A DNA stretch of 64,000 nucleotides from contig CAXXTH010000017.1 in NCBI GenBank assembly GCA_963668025.2, forward strand, positions 1,216,001 to 1,280,000, read 5' to 3'. The notes under the pieces were generated by a model. It was not told where the DNA came from. It saw only the letters and a program-made list of their open reading frames with translations, and did not search any database. This document shows positions 20,433 through 34,318 of this stretch, piece after piece. The position numbers and the translations under genes are program-made. The DNA comes from Candidatus Hydrogenedentota bacterium (lineage in GTDB: Bacteria > Hydrogenedentota > Hydrogenedentia > Hydrogenedentales > SLHB01). Each line of letters begins with the position of its first letter. Positions within the stretch are counted from its first letter, which is position 1.

Positions 20433-20738
20433 TTAACCGCGAGGGAGTTCGATCCGCCGCTTTTCCTCATTCGGCTGCCACCGGTAGAGGATGGCCACAT
20501 GGCCTAGCAAGCTGACTTGCTGGCTGTTGGTCCGTGCGGTGATCTCGGCAAGAATCGATTCTTTCTCTTCTTTTTTATCCACGAACTTCAGCTTGATCAA
20601 TTCATGGGCTTCGAGCACCTCATTCACGGCGTGGATGAGCGTATCCGTGACGCCCAGCTTGCCCACCTGCACGACGGGCTCGAGATGATGCGCCAGGCTG
20701 CGCAGATGCCGCACTTGCGCTCCAGTTAATTCGGCCAT
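20433..20738 (-). CDS. yhbY: YhbY (CRM-domain) RNA-binding protein
   Basis: LRSLAHHLEPVVQVGKLG and HELIKLK motifs. Confidence 0.92.
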   Translation of the reverse strand: MAELTGAQVRHLRSLAHHLEPVVQVGKLGVTDTLIHAVNEVLEAHELIKLKFVDKKEEKESILAEITARTNSQQVSLLGHVAILYRWQPNEEKRRIELPRG

Positions 20739-20759
20739 GTGATGAACTCCTCGAGCCGG

Positions 20760-21455
20760 TTATTGTCCGGCCTGCTGAAAATACACTTCCTCTTTGGGCT
20801 GGATCACCACGAATCCGCTGCCTCGAAAGAGCATCTGAATCGATTCGCCGCTGCCGCGCCCTAGAAACGTCTTGAATGAGATATCCGTCTTGAACTCGGG
20901 ATTCAAGGTTCCCGACCAAGCCACCGTGGCGTTGGGGTCCGTACATACCGGCGATTGGGGCGTCACCAGCAAGGTAAGGGGATCATAATGCGTCGAGATA
21001 GCCGCCATGCCTGTGCCGGACAATTTCACATTAAACAGGCCGCCCGCCATCATGCCCGCGATTTTGCGCATCATCTTGATATCCCACTCGATGGTTTCCT
21101 CGAACGCAAGAATGTCATTGCCATTTACATAGAGCGTTTCATTCGCGAGATTCAAAATCGAAATCTTCTTGCCTTCATCGGCCAGATAGACCCGCCCAAC
21201 GCCTTCCGCTTTCGTGAGGCGCGTGCCCTCGCCACTCACGGCGCGTTTCAGCAGTGTGCCCACGCCATGATCGAGAACGCCTTCGCGGGTGAACTTGACG
21301 TCTCCCCGATAGGCCACCATGGAGCCCATCTTTGTCCAAACACGGCCATCAAGGTTGATTTCGAGAAGGCGCTCATTCTCCATCTCGAAAAGCCCCTGCC
21401 CTTGATCTTTTTGGCCCGTCTTGGCGATAAACTCGTTTAGCGTATATCTCGGCAT
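20760..21455 (-). CDS. AIM24-family protein
   Basis: KMGSMVAYRG, VNGNDILAF, GGLFNV and GRGSGESIQM motifs. Confidence 0.88.
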   Translation of the reverse strand: MPRYTLNEFIAKTGQKDQGQGLFEMENERLLEINLDGRVWTKMGSMVAYRGDVKFTREGVLDHGVGTLLKRAVSGEGTRLTKAEGVGRVYLADEGKKISILNLANETLYVNGNDILAFEETIEWDIKMMRKIAGMMAGGLFNVKLSGTGMAAISTHYDPLTLLVTPQSPVCTDPNATVAWSGTLNPEFKTDISFKTFLGRGSGESIQMLFRGSGFVVIQPKEEVYFQQAGQ

Positions 21456-21680
21456 GCTTTATCCTCCACGTGCTGGTTTCCCTGAACCCATGGCCCAGCC
21501 ACGTACACGATGTCAGAGCCTTGGCGCATAGTCAAGCCATATCTTGGCACAAGCCGGATATAACAAATTTTTTCTTCTGCTCCAGCATGGCCTCACCTAT
21601 CTGGAAAGAGAACCGCTTTCCGTAGCATGGCCGTCCCGGCCATGTGTATGGGTGGGACGCCCATACGAGGGATTCCATGT

Positions 21681-23516
21681 TTATTCCACCGTGACGCTCT
21701 TGGCGAGATTGCGGGGCTGGTCCACATCGCAGCCCCGGTTTATGGCGACATAATACGCAAAGAGCTGGAGCGGAATGGCCGAGACGATTGGGCTGAATGG
21801 CTCGAAGCATTCCGGCACGTAAATGACATCCGCACAATATTGCTTGATCCCCTCGTCGCCTTCCGTGGCGATGGCCAGAACGATTCCTTGCCGCGCGAGG
21901 ATCTCTTGCACATTGGACACCATTTTCTCGTAGGTTCCACCTTGGAGGCACAGGCATATCGCTGGCAATTCATTGGTCACCAGGGCGATGGGGCCATGTT
22001 TCATCTCGCCCGCCGCGTAGCCTTCGGCATGGATATAGCTGATCTCTTTTAGCTTGAGCGCTCCCTCGAGGGCGTTCGGGAAATTGTAGCTGCGCCCGAT
22101 ATAAAAGGCGTCTTTGGCGTTCATATATTTCGGTTCTTTGGCGAGCCGGATAATTGTATCTTTGTGATCGAGCACCCACTGGACTTTTTCCGGAATGGCG
22201 CGCAAATGGGCGATCATCTCCCGCGCGTGCGCCTTGTCCATGACGCCGCGCACTTCCGCGAGCCAGATGGTGAACAGGGCGAAGCAGGTGACTTGCGAAG
22301 TGTAGGCTTTTGTCGATGCCACGCCAATCTCGGGCCCGGCTTGTTGATACACCACGCCATGCGATTCCCTCGCGACGCTCGAGCCGACCGTGTTGACGAT
22401 GCTGGCCACTTTCGCGCCCCGGCTCTTCGCGACGCGGATGGCTTCGAGGGTGTCGGCGGTTTCACCAGATTGCGATACGGGAATCATGATGGTGTGCGGC
22501 GGCACGATGGGATCCCGATAGCGGTATTCGGACGACAGATCGAGATCAACGGGCACTTTGGCGAATTTCTCAATCAAGAATTTTCCCACCATTCCCGCAT
22601 GCCATGCCGTGCCGCAAGCGACGATAGTGATCTTTTGGCACGCCCGCAACTCTTCCGGCGAAATGTTCATATCCGAAAGGCGCACCGCATCGGAACCTTC
22701 CTCGACGCGTCCCCGCAAGGTGTTGCGAATCACTTCCGGCTGCTGGTGGATCTCCTTCAACATGAAGTGCGGATAGCCATCTTTCTCGGCCGCGGAGTCA
22801 TCCCAATTGATCTGCTCGATTTTAGGCGTTACGGATATCCCCTCCACGCTTTCGATTTTATACCCGACGCGCCGGATTTCACACACCTGGTTATTATCGA
22901 GGTAAATTACTTTTCGGGTGTATTTCATGATGGCGGGCACATCGGAGGCGATAAATGCTTCCCCATCGCCTAAGCCCACGATGAGGGGGCTGCCATGGCG
23001 CGCCGCCACAAGCACATCGGGATTGTCCTTGCATATGACGCCGATGGCGTATGCGCCCGCCACGTCTTTCAAGGCGCGCTGGACCGCTTGAAAGAGATTG
23101 CCTTGATAATACTTGCGCACCAAATGGGCGAGCGTTTCCGTATCGGTTTGGCTGCGGAACGTTACGCCCTCGGATTCGAGCATATGGCGCAATTCCTGGA
23201 AATTCTCGATGATGCCGTTGTGGACCACGGCGATCTCCATGGGCATGTCATAATGCGGATGCGAATTCACTTCACTGGGCGCGCCATGGGTGGCCCAGCG
23301 GGTATGGCCAATGCCTAAGGGGCCTTGGATGGCGCTTTCTGCGATTCGTTGATCTAGGGCTTGTAGTTTGCCCAGGCTCTTGACGCTCTCCAGGCCGCCA
23401 TCTCGGATGACCGCCACCCCCGCGCTGTCATATCCCCGGTATTCGAGGCGGTGCAAGCCAGCCATGATGATGTCAACGGCGTTTTTATCTCCAATGTAGC
23501 CTACGATACCGCACAT
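21681..23516 (-). CDS. glmS: Glutamine--fructose-6-phosphate aminotransferase
   Basis: MCGIVGY start, LEYRGYDSAG, GHTRWATHG, C-terminal PRNLAKSVTVE. Confidence 0.98.
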   Translation of the reverse strand: MCGIVGYIGDKNAVDIIMAGLHRLEYRGYDSAGVAVIRDGGLESVKSLGKLQALDQRIAESAIQGPLGIGHTRWATHGAPSEVNSHPHYDMPMEIAVVHNGIIENFQELRHMLESEGVTFRSQTDTETLAHLVRKYYQGNLFQAVQRALKDVAGAYAIGVICKDNPDVLVAARHGSPLIVGLGDGEAFIASDVPAIMKYTRKVIYLDNNQVCEIRRVGYKIESVEGISVTPKIEQINWDDSAAEKDGYPHFMLKEIHQQPEVIRNTLRGRVEEGSDAVRLSDMNISPEELRACQKITIVACGTAWHAGMVGKFLIEKFAKVPVDLDLSSEYRYRDPIVPPHTIMIPVSQSGETADTLEAIRVAKSRGAKVASIVNTVGSSVARESHGVVYQQAGPEIGVASTKAYTSQVTCFALFTIWLAEVRGVMDKAHAREMIAHLRAIPEKVQWVLDHKDTIIRLAKEPKYMNAKDAFYIGRSYNFPNALEGALKLKEISYIHAEGYAAGEMKHGPIALVTNELPAICLCLQGGTYEKMVSNVQEILARQGIVLAIATEGDEGIKQYCADVIYVPECFEPFSPIVSAIPLQLFAYYVAINRGCDVDQPRNLAKSVTVE

Positions 23517-23700
23517 AATCCGTTGCTCCTTTTTGACGACATGCACCTGCTGTTGCAAGCGGTTTTTAAGGATTTACAAAATGAGTGTACAGGCTTTTTA
23601 CCAGCGTTCGCCTCGATATATGCCATCTAGGCACATACCCGGCATCATACCCATTCCTTCATCATGCCGCAAACAGCGGTGAAGGCAGGCAATGGCGGTA

Positions 23701-24246
23701 TTATGGGGCGGCAGGAGGCGGCGCGCTGCCGAAGAGTTGGATAAAGGTCTCCCGGGCGGCAATCGAGAGCACGGACATGATCACGCCTGCGATGCAGACG
23801 CCTAGAAAACATGCCCAGAGGTTTTTGTACCATTTTAGCCCAAAAATATAGCCCGCCATGGCCCCTGTCCAAGCCCCCGTCATCGGAAGCGGGATAGCCA
23901 CGAAAATGAGAAGGCCCCACATTTCGTATTTCTCGATTTGCGCTCCTTTGCGGCGGGTTCGGGCGAATAGCCATTCGACGAAGCGATCTCCCATTTTCCA
24001 CCGGCGCAAGAACCGGGTGATGGGATCGAGCAGGAAAATAATGAACGGAATGGGAATCATATTTCCAAACACCGCCAGCGGATAGGCCAGCCATAGCGGC
24101 AGCGTGGGCGGCCAGAGCAGGGCGACGGGTAATGCGCCGCGCAATTCGAGAATCGGCAAGGTGGCGAGAATGACCGTCGCGGCAGGAAGTGTAAAATGGG
24201 CCATTATGAATGCTACTAATTGTTCTTTCACCCGGTGAATCCCCAT
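23701..24246 (-). CDS. Small multi-drug export family membrane protein
   Basis: LPILELRGALP and FVAIPLPMTGAWTG motifs. Confidence 0.88.
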   Translation of the reverse strand: MGIHRVKEQLVAFIMAHFTLPAATVILATLPILELRGALPVALLWPPTLPLWLAYPLAVFGNMIPIPFIIFLLDPITRFLRRWKMGDRFVEWLFARTRRKGAQIEKYEMWGLLIFVAIPLPMTGAWTGAMAGYIFGLKWYKNLWACFLGVCIAGVIMSVLSIAARETFIQLFGSAPPPAAP

Positions 24247-24983
24247 TTTCGGATAGTGTTGATGGCGTCATGGTTGGTCAAATCGCGGTGGAGCGGCGTG
24301 ATGCTGGCCATTTGGTTTCCGATGGCTTCGAAATCGGTGCCCTCTTCGATGTGATGGGAAGGCATCGAGCCGCCGATCCAGTAGTAACTGCGCCCCCGAG
24401 GATCCTCGCGGCGCACGATTTCATCTTCATACCGCCGCCTGCCCATGCGGGTGATCGCGGCGCCCTTTAACTCTTCAACTGGAATATCCGGCACGTTCAT
24501 GTTCAACATGGTGCCTGGCGGAAGGCCATGCTCCAATACTTCCCGCGCCAAGCGCACCGCCAGCGCGGCGGCGGTTTCATAATGCGCGGGGGAATAGCTT
24601 ATATCGGAAACGGCGATGGCATTGACGCCCAGGAGCATGCCCTCGAACGCGCCCGCCACGGTGCCGGAGTAGGTCACATCATCGCCCAGATTCGCGCCCG
24701 CGTTAATGCCGGATACCACGATATCGGGCTTGCGAGGCAGTAAATCGCGCACGGCGAGCATGACGCAATCGGTGGGGGTGCCATCAACGGAAAACCATTG
24801 CTTACGCACTTCCGTGACGCGTAGCGGCCGCTCGAGGCTGACGCCATGGCCCACGGCGCTTTGCTGCCGGTCGGGCGCATACACCCATACATCGCCGATG
24901 GAATACAGCGCCTCCGCCAGCGCCTCGAGGCCCGGCGCGCGGATGCCATCATCATTTGTGGCCAATATCAACGGATTCGCCAT
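24228..24983 (-). CDS. surE: 5'/3'-nucleotidase SurE
   Basis: TNDDGI, GTPTDCV and SGINAGANLG...YSGTV motifs. Confidence 0.96.
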   Translation of the reverse strand: MANPLILATNDDGIRAPGLEALAEALYSIGDVWVYAPDRQQSAVGHGVSLERPLRVTEVRKQWFSVDGTPTDCVMLAVRDLLPRKPDIVVSGINAGANLGDDVTYSGTVAGAFEGMLLGVNAIAVSDISYSPAHYETAAALAVRLAREVLEHGLPPGTMLNMNVPDIPVEELKGAAITRMGRRRYEDEIVRREDPRGRSYYWIGGSMPSHHIEEGTDFEAIGNQMASITPLHRDLTNHDAINTIRKWGFTG

Positions 24984-25186
24984 AGCGCCGATGCACCTAG
25001 AATTATTCTGGACACACAACCTTTTCCGCCTCGGCACGAAAATGCCCCGGCGAACACAAGAAGGACTTATAACATAGGCTTCCGCAAGGATTCAATGGAC
25101 GCGCGCGCTTGTACGGCAAGCCGTTTCTTGCTTATAGTCTCATTGCCAAGCCTATTTCCAGCTTTCACTTATAGAAGGAGTTTTTT

Positions 25187-25735
25187 ATGCGTTCTTTTAC
25201 GGTGGACACGAATATCGTGTTAATTGGTATGCCCGGCGTGGGCAAGAGCACGGTTGGAGTACTCGTGGCCAAAGCGTTGACGCGGGATTTTTTGGATACG
25301 GATGTCTACTTGCAGGCGGAAGAAGGCCGCCTGCTTCACGAGATCATCGCGGCGGAAGGCAGGGAAGGTTTTTGCGCCATCGAGGAACACTATCTGCTCT
25401 CCATTGATTGCACTGCCTGCATCATCGCCACGGGCGGCAGCGCGGTGTATAGCGAGAAAGCCATGGAGCATTTGCGTGCTGGCGGCATCGTTGTATTTCT
25501 CGATATGTCTTTCGATGAATTGGCGCGTCGGGTCGAGGATTTAGGGGGGCGGGGCGTTGTGATGGCGCCGGGCCAGACTTTTTTGGATTTGTATTCGATG
25601 CGCACTCCTCTATACCGGCGCTATGCGGATATAACCGTATCGCTCGATGGATTGGACCATACCGAGGCGGTTGCGGAAATTGAACGGGCGTTGCAGGATG
25701 CGGGAATACCGCTTTCAGGGAGAAAATCAGTCTGA
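25187..25735 (+). CDS. aroK: Shikimate kinase
   Basis: GMPGVGKSTVG, DTD and IATGGSAV motifs. Confidence 0.92.
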   Translation: MRSFTVDTNIVLIGMPGVGKSTVGVLVAKALTRDFLDTDVYLQAEEGRLLHEIIAAEGREGFCAIEEHYLLSIDCTACIIATGGSAVYSEKAMEHLRAGGIVVFLDMSFDELARRVEDLGGRGVVMAPGQTFLDLYSMRTPLYRRYADITVSLDGLDHTEAVAEIERALQDAGIPLSGRKSV

Positions 25736-26949
25736 TGGCGCTGCTTTCAAAAATAGTGCTCGGAGCCTCCTTGGCGGTTCTTTTGGCCCAATGCGCATGG
25801 GCGGATACGTTTTGGCGCGAAAAAGTGGAGCTTGGCCCGGCTCCTCAATCCAAAGTGGCATCCATTCCCTTCGAGGTGGGCAATCCCGCCACGCGCATGG
25901 GCTTATCCTTCGTCGCGGATCTGAAACGGGGCCGCGGGCTGCTCGAAATCCTGGATCCGGAAGAGAACGTGCTGATTCAAGTTAAAATCGGAGCGGGCCA
26001 GGGCCAATTTGATCGCATATTGGGTCCATTTGATGTAACAGGAACGTTTCAAATTCGCACTAAGGTGGAGAACGCCTTAGGCGAATACCGAATTATGCTG
26101 GCGCAGGAACCTGCGCGGGGAGTGGGAACCACGCTGTTCACGCGGGGCGCTTTAATGGCGCTGGCGGGTGCATGTTTGCTGGTTGCGGGCCTGCTTTACT
26201 TCGGCGTACGGGTGTCTTGGTTTTCTGCAGGCGCAGGGGTGTGGCTGCTTGGGATGATGCTCAAGCTTATATTTGCATTCAAGGTGACGCCGCTTATTCT
26301 GTTTGTGCTGGATGCGAAGCTGAGCCGCCCGCTGTTCCTATTGCTGGGCAGCGCATACACAGGCCTTACGACCGCCATATTCGAGATAGGCGCTGTGGCG
26401 GCGGCGGCCCTGATGTGGCCTTGGCTGGCGCGGGAACGGAATCGCGGCCTGGGAGTCGCCCTGGGCGGCGCTGCCGTGGAGCCTTTGTTATTTGGCGTGC
26501 GCGCCATGCTGGTAGGCATGGCGGTTTGGTTCGGGTTGAACCGGGCGCCTGAGCTGTTGGGGCTGGGAACATATGACTATGTGGTGGTCTCCACCGCCAA
26601 TGAGATGACCACTGTCTCGATGGCCTGGCTGCTCGTGCCCGTTCAAAGCATGCTGGTCATGCTGGCCCAAGCGAGCGCCCGCGTGTTGGCGTTGATGTCC
26701 GCCGCCACGGGGCGGTGGCGGTATTTTACGGCGGCGTTTATATACATTGCGTTGTTTGACGCCGTGGTAAGCTGGCCCCGGCTGGCGGAACGGCTGGTGT
26801 TTACGCCGATGTGGAGTGTGACGCTGGCGCTCGCACCGATTTCTGTTTTGGGGCTCTACATGCTCTATAAAACATTGGCCGCCTGGCTTGAATCCTCCGC
26901 CGGGATGGTGGAGGCAAAGGCTTTCAAGCGAGGCCGGGTGGAAGCATAA
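25735..26949 (+). CDS. Membrane protein: exported N-terminal domain plus YhfC/PrsW-like intramembrane protease-type domain
   Basis: Signal peptide, soluble domain, about 8 TM segments with GLTTAIFE and GGAAVE motifs. Confidence 0.55.
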   Translation: MALLSKIVLGASLAVLLAQCAWADTFWREKVELGPAPQSKVASIPFEVGNPATRMGLSFVADLKRGRGLLEILDPEENVLIQVKIGAGQGQFDRILGPFDVTGTFQIRTKVENALGEYRIMLAQEPARGVGTTLFTRGALMALAGACLLVAGLLYFGVRVSWFSAGAGVWLLGMMLKLIFAFKVTPLILFVLDAKLSRPLFLLLGSAYTGLTTAIFEIGAVAAAALMWPWLARERNRGLGVALGGAAVEPLLFGVRAMLVGMAVWFGLNRAPELLGLGTYDYVVVSTANEMTTVSMAWLLVPVQSMLVMLAQASARVLALMSAATGRWRYFTAAFIYIALFDAVVSWPRLAERLVFTPMWSVTLALAPISVLGLYMLYKTLAAWLESSAGMVEAKAFKRGRVEA

Positions 26950-27087
26950 CGCATGGCGTTATGGAGAAGAATAAAAAAGGAAGGAACTTCCCAATATAAA
27001 TGGGGTTTTACCTGTTGCCAGGAATAAATCAGGAAAACCGGTCCGAAAAACCCACAAACAAAAGCCAACGGACAAAGAGGTGAACGC

Positions 27088-27873
27088 ATGAGAATGGCCT
27101 TGGTGATCATCGTGTCGCTCGCCGCAGGCGCGGCAGGCACAGCGGCGGTAATGTCTTTGCTGAACCAACAGAGCCAAAGCAGTCTGAGAGCCGAATTACA
27201 AACCGCACAGAACACCCTCCAAGACGCACTGAAGCAAGCCCAAGAACAACAGGAACGCGCGGATTATTTGCAACAGCAAAACACCGCCTTGACGGAACAG
27301 ATCGCGGGCATTTCCAAACAGGCGCAAAACACCCCCATGCCGGAAGATGCGAGTATGGAGCCTCCCGCCGTGCCGGAAGAACAAGCCCCGCCTGATGCGG
27401 AAAACCAAGATCCAAACCGCGAAGAACGCAATCAACGAAGACAGATGCGCATGGCCGACTTTCGGAACCGCATGAATGATTATTTTACCAATGCCATTTC
27501 GAGCGCCACCAACAAAGAATCGCAGCAGCGCCTTGCAAATATGCAGCAATACATGGCGTATATGGAAGAATTGCGGACGGAGATGCGTGATGCGCAAACG
27601 GAAGAACAGCGGGAACAATTGCGGCAAAACATGCGCGACACCATGGACTCAATGATGCAGACGCGCGCGGAAGAACAAAGCTCCCGGCTACGCAGCGTCG
27701 CGGAGCAATACGGCATTACAGATGAAGCGGCGCAACAATCGTTTGCGGATGCCATCCAGCAGCTTCAATCCGACCCCATTATGATGGGCGGCGGCGGGCC
27801 TGGGATGGGTGGTCCTGGGATGGGCGGCGGCGGCCCTGGCGGTGGTCCTGGCGGCGGCCCCGGTGGGCCATGA
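27088..27873 (+). CDS. Hypothetical membrane-anchored coiled-coil protein with Gly/Pro-rich C-terminal repeats
   Basis: N-terminal hydrophobic segment, Q/E-rich helices, (GGPG)n tail; GAGG RBS. Confidence 0.75.
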   Translation: MRMALVIIVSLAAGAAGTAAVMSLLNQQSQSSLRAELQTAQNTLQDALKQAQEQQERADYLQQQNTALTEQIAGISKQAQNTPMPEDASMEPPAVPEEQAPPDAENQDPNREERNQRRQMRMADFRNRMNDYFTNAISSATNKESQQRLANMQQYMAYMEELRTEMRDAQTEEQREQLRQNMRDTMDSMMQTRAEEQSSRLRSVAEQYGITDEAAQQSFADAIQQLQSDPIMMGGGGPGMGGPGMGGGGPGGGPGGGPGGP

Positions 27874-27899
27874 CGCAAAACGCCCATAGTGAAATCTAG

Positions 27900-29916
27900 C
27901 CCATTTTCCGCAGTAAGGCCGTCTTTTTTCTGGTTTTGAGCGTCTTTTCGGCTGTAAGTCCTTTGTTGGTCTTGCGTGCTGGTAGGATTTCCGTGTAGTG
28001 GCGAAAACCCCCTTGTTACGCGGGCCAGCGCGTGAGATCATGAGTGCCAGTTGGGAGGCTCTGGCATCGTGTTTCTCAAGCCGAATCGGAAGACCTTCGA
28101 TGGCGTGACCTACGAGTATTGGTCGCTCGTGGAGTCGGTGCGCACGGCGAATGGGCCGCGCCAGCGGACGGTGGCCACCATCGGGAAGCTGCCGGGCCTG
28201 GATGAGGAAGCGCGGGTGGGCTGGGAGCACATCGGGGAGATCCTCGATGGCCGGGTGCATCAGCGGGACTTGCTCGAAGTGGAGCCGGAACCGCCGGCGT
28301 GGGCGACGGTGGACACGTCTCGGGTGCGGGTGGAACGGTTGCGCCGTTTCGGCGAGGTCTACTTGGGGCTGGCGTTGTGGCGGCGGCTTAAGCTGGATGC
28401 GTTTTTCGACGAAGCCATGGCGCCGGGCCGCGAGGAGATCCCGTGGGGCGTAATGGCTTGTATCCTCACGTTGGCGCGGTTCTGCGCGCCGTCGTCGGAG
28501 TTGCACATCGCCGAGTCGTGGTATGGCAAGACGGCCTTGGAGGATATCCTCGGCGTGGCGCCGGAGAAGGTGAATGAGGACCGTCTGTACCGGGCTCTCG
28601 ACGCGCTGCTGCCCCACAAGGACGCGCTCTTCGGTCACTTCCAGAAGGTCTATGGTGAGCTGTTTGGCGCCACCTTCGACATCCTGCTCTACGACATCAC
28701 GTCGACGTACTTCGAGGGGCAGGCGGAGGGCAACCCCCAAGCGAAACGAGGCTACTCCCGGGACAAGCGGCCCGATTGCGTGCAGGTCTGCATTGCGTTG
28801 GTGGCCACGCCGGAGGGACTTCCCCTGGCCTACGAGGTCTTCGACGGCAACCGCAGGGACGTGACCACGGTGGAGGAGATGGTGGAGGCCATGCGCACGA
28901 AGTACGGTCACGAGCGCCGCACGTGGGTCATGGACCGCGGCATGGTGAGCGAGGACAACCTCGACATGCTGCGCGAGGCCAAGGCGAGCTATCTCGTGGG
29001 CACGCCCAAAAGCATGCTCAAACAGTTCGAGCGTGACCTCTTGGAACAGGGTTGGGAGCAAGTGGAGCCCGAGGTGGAGGTGAAACTCCGCCCCTCGCCC
29101 GAGGACGAAGACGAGACCTTCGTGCTCTGTCGCTCGCGCGGCCGCATCGAAAAAGAACGGGCCATACGCGAGAAACAGCGCGTGAAGCTCGAGGCTGAAC
29201 TCAACCGGCTCAAAGCGCGCATCGACGCCGGCACACGCGCCCTGCGCGACCGCGGCGCCGCTGAACGCCGCGTGGGCCGGTGCTTCCAGAAGTACTCCCG
29301 CGCCGCCCGCTTCTTCCAAGTGGCCATCCGCGAACAAGACGACCCCAAACACAAAAGCGGCAAGCGCCTCGCCATCGCCATCACCCAAGACCCCGCCCAT
29401 CGCGAATGGGCCGAACTTACCGACGGCTGCTACCTGCTGCGCACCAACCTCCAGAACCACGACCCAAAGCAACTCTGGAAAGCCTACATCGGCCTCACGC
29501 AGATCGAGGACAGCTTTCGCATCAGCAAGCACGACCTCGGCCTCAGGCCTATCTTCCATCACAGAGAACGCCGGACCCAAGCACACATCCTCGTGTGCTT
29601 CCTTGCCCTCGTGATGTGGCGGACCCTCCAGCAATGGATGGACGGCGCCGGTCTCGGCGCCGCGCCCCGAAAACTCCTCGAAGAGATGGCCGAAGTCCGT
29701 TCCTTGGACGTGGTCTTGCCTACCGGCCAAGGCACAGAGTTGCGCCTGCGCACCGTCAGCAAGCCCGAGCAGCGCCTCGCGATCCTACTCCAGAAACTCG
29801 ACCTTCCCCTGCCCAATAAACCAAAGTCGATCCCAAATGTAGTGGCGAAAACCCGCCGAAATCTCCAATTTTCCTAGAAAACGCCAACCTCCTTTGCCTC
29901 AACTGCGGAAAATGGG
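27900..29916 (+). mobile_element. IS1634-family insertion sequence (2017 bp), flanked by CTAG
   Basis: Perfect 15-bp IR cccattttccgcagt / actgcggaaaatggg; CTAG at 27896-27899 and 29917-29920. Confidence 0.9.
28069..29877 (+). CDS. IS1634-family transposase
   Basis: LLYDITSTYFEG, RGYSRDKRPD, VMDRGM, IEDSFR and LRPIFH motifs. Confidence 0.92.
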   Translation: MFLKPNRKTFDGVTYEYWSLVESVRTANGPRQRTVATIGKLPGLDEEARVGWEHIGEILDGRVHQRDLLEVEPEPPAWATVDTSRVRVERLRRFGEVYLGLALWRRLKLDAFFDEAMAPGREEIPWGVMACILTLARFCAPSSELHIAESWYGKTALEDILGVAPEKVNEDRLYRALDALLPHKDALFGHFQKVYGELFGATFDILLYDITSTYFEGQAEGNPQAKRGYSRDKRPDCVQVCIALVATPEGLPLAYEVFDGNRRDVTTVEEMVEAMRTKYGHERRTWVMDRGMVSEDNLDMLREAKASYLVGTPKSMLKQFERDLLEQGWEQVEPEVEVKLRPSPEDEDETFVLCRSRGRIEKERAIREKQRVKLEAELNRLKARIDAGTRALRDRGAAERRVGRCFQKYSRAARFFQVAIREQDDPKHKSGKRLAIAITQDPAHREWAELTDGCYLLRTNLQNHDPKQLWKAYIGLTQIEDSFRISKHDLGLRPIFHHRERRTQAHILVCFLALVMWRTLQQWMDGAGLGAAPRKLLEEMAEVRSLDVVLPTGQGTELRLRTVSKPEQRLAILLQKLDLPLPNKPKSIPNVVAKTRRNLQFS

Positions 29917-30024
29917 CTAGGCACTCTCGATAATAGGGCTTATCCCGCCACGCTAACGGAGGGATAGGCCCTATTAATCGCTACTGGCCGCATATCGGTT
30001 GAATGGCCTTGGCCAAATGCGTGA

Positions 30025-33307
<3,283 letters not shown>

Positions 33308-33311
<4 letters not shown>

Positions 33312-34087
33312 ACGAAAACGAAAAAAAAGAGATGATTATCCAGGTGCGCGGCTTGCACACCTTCTACGGGGAACGAAAAATCCTCGAGGATGTGTCGTTT
33401 GATGTGAACCGTGGCGAGATCTTCGTCATCATCGGCGGCAGCGGATGCGGCAAGACCACGCTCCTCAAGCATATGGCCGGTCTCTTGCAGCCCTCGGAGG
33501 GGTCCATCCTGCGCGACGGTGAAGACATCGCGCACATGGATGAAGACCAGCTTTCGGCCATCAAGCGGAAAACCGGCATCGCCTTCCAGTCGGGCGCGCT
33601 GTTCAACTCGATGACCGTGGGCGGTAATGTGGCGCTGCCGCTGCGCGAATACGGCCATGTGGACAATGACCTTATCGAGGACATTGTTCGTTTAAAACTC
33701 AGCCTGGTGGGATTGGCCGACGCCGAACATAACTTGCCGGACGAGCTCTCGGGCGGCATGCAGAAACGCGCGGGCCTCGCACGGGCCATCGCCGTGGACC
33801 CGCCTCTGGTATACTTCGATGAGCCTTCGGCGGGCCTCGACCCCATTATGGCCAGCGGATTGGACGACTTGATCTTGCGCCTGCGCGACTTGCTTGGCAT
33901 CACCTTTATCATCGTGACGCACGAACTGGATTCCATTAAGAAAATCGCGGACCGCGTGCTGATGCTCGATAAAGGCAAGACGATCTTTCTCGGGACGCTC
34001 GAAGAGGCCCTAGCCTCGCAAAACGAGCGCGTCCGCCAATTTTTCGAGCGCCGCGCGGATGAGTACATCATGCAGCGAAATATTTGA
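33308..34087 (+). CDS. mlaF: MlaF-family ABC ATPase
   Basis: GGSGCGKT, FQSGALF, LSGGMQKR and DEPSAGLDP motifs. Confidence 0.92.
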
Positions 34088-34318
34088 GTTTATATTTTAA
34101 CGCGGAGACGCAAAGGACGCAGAGATTCGCAGAGAATAAACAGCAATACAAACAAGGATGGCGCAGTTGTTTTTGTGGAGTGGGGTAATATTTATTTCTT
34201 ATATTTATTAAATCCGGCTCTGCGAAACTCCGCGTTCCCCGCGCCTCTGCGATAGAAAAAGCGCGTTTCACGCAAACATACATGCAAAAATGGCCAGTAT
34301 GAATGAAAGGGCACTATA

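Noticed and set aside
23517-23700. glmS ribozyme upstream of glmS
   Set aside because: No recognisable conserved core or multi-stem structure in the short leader.
27781-27873. Tandem DNA repeat or CRISPR-like array
   Set aside because: It is in-frame Gly-Gly-Pro-Gly low-complexity coding sequence with no spacers; no CRISPR array seen anywhere in the window.
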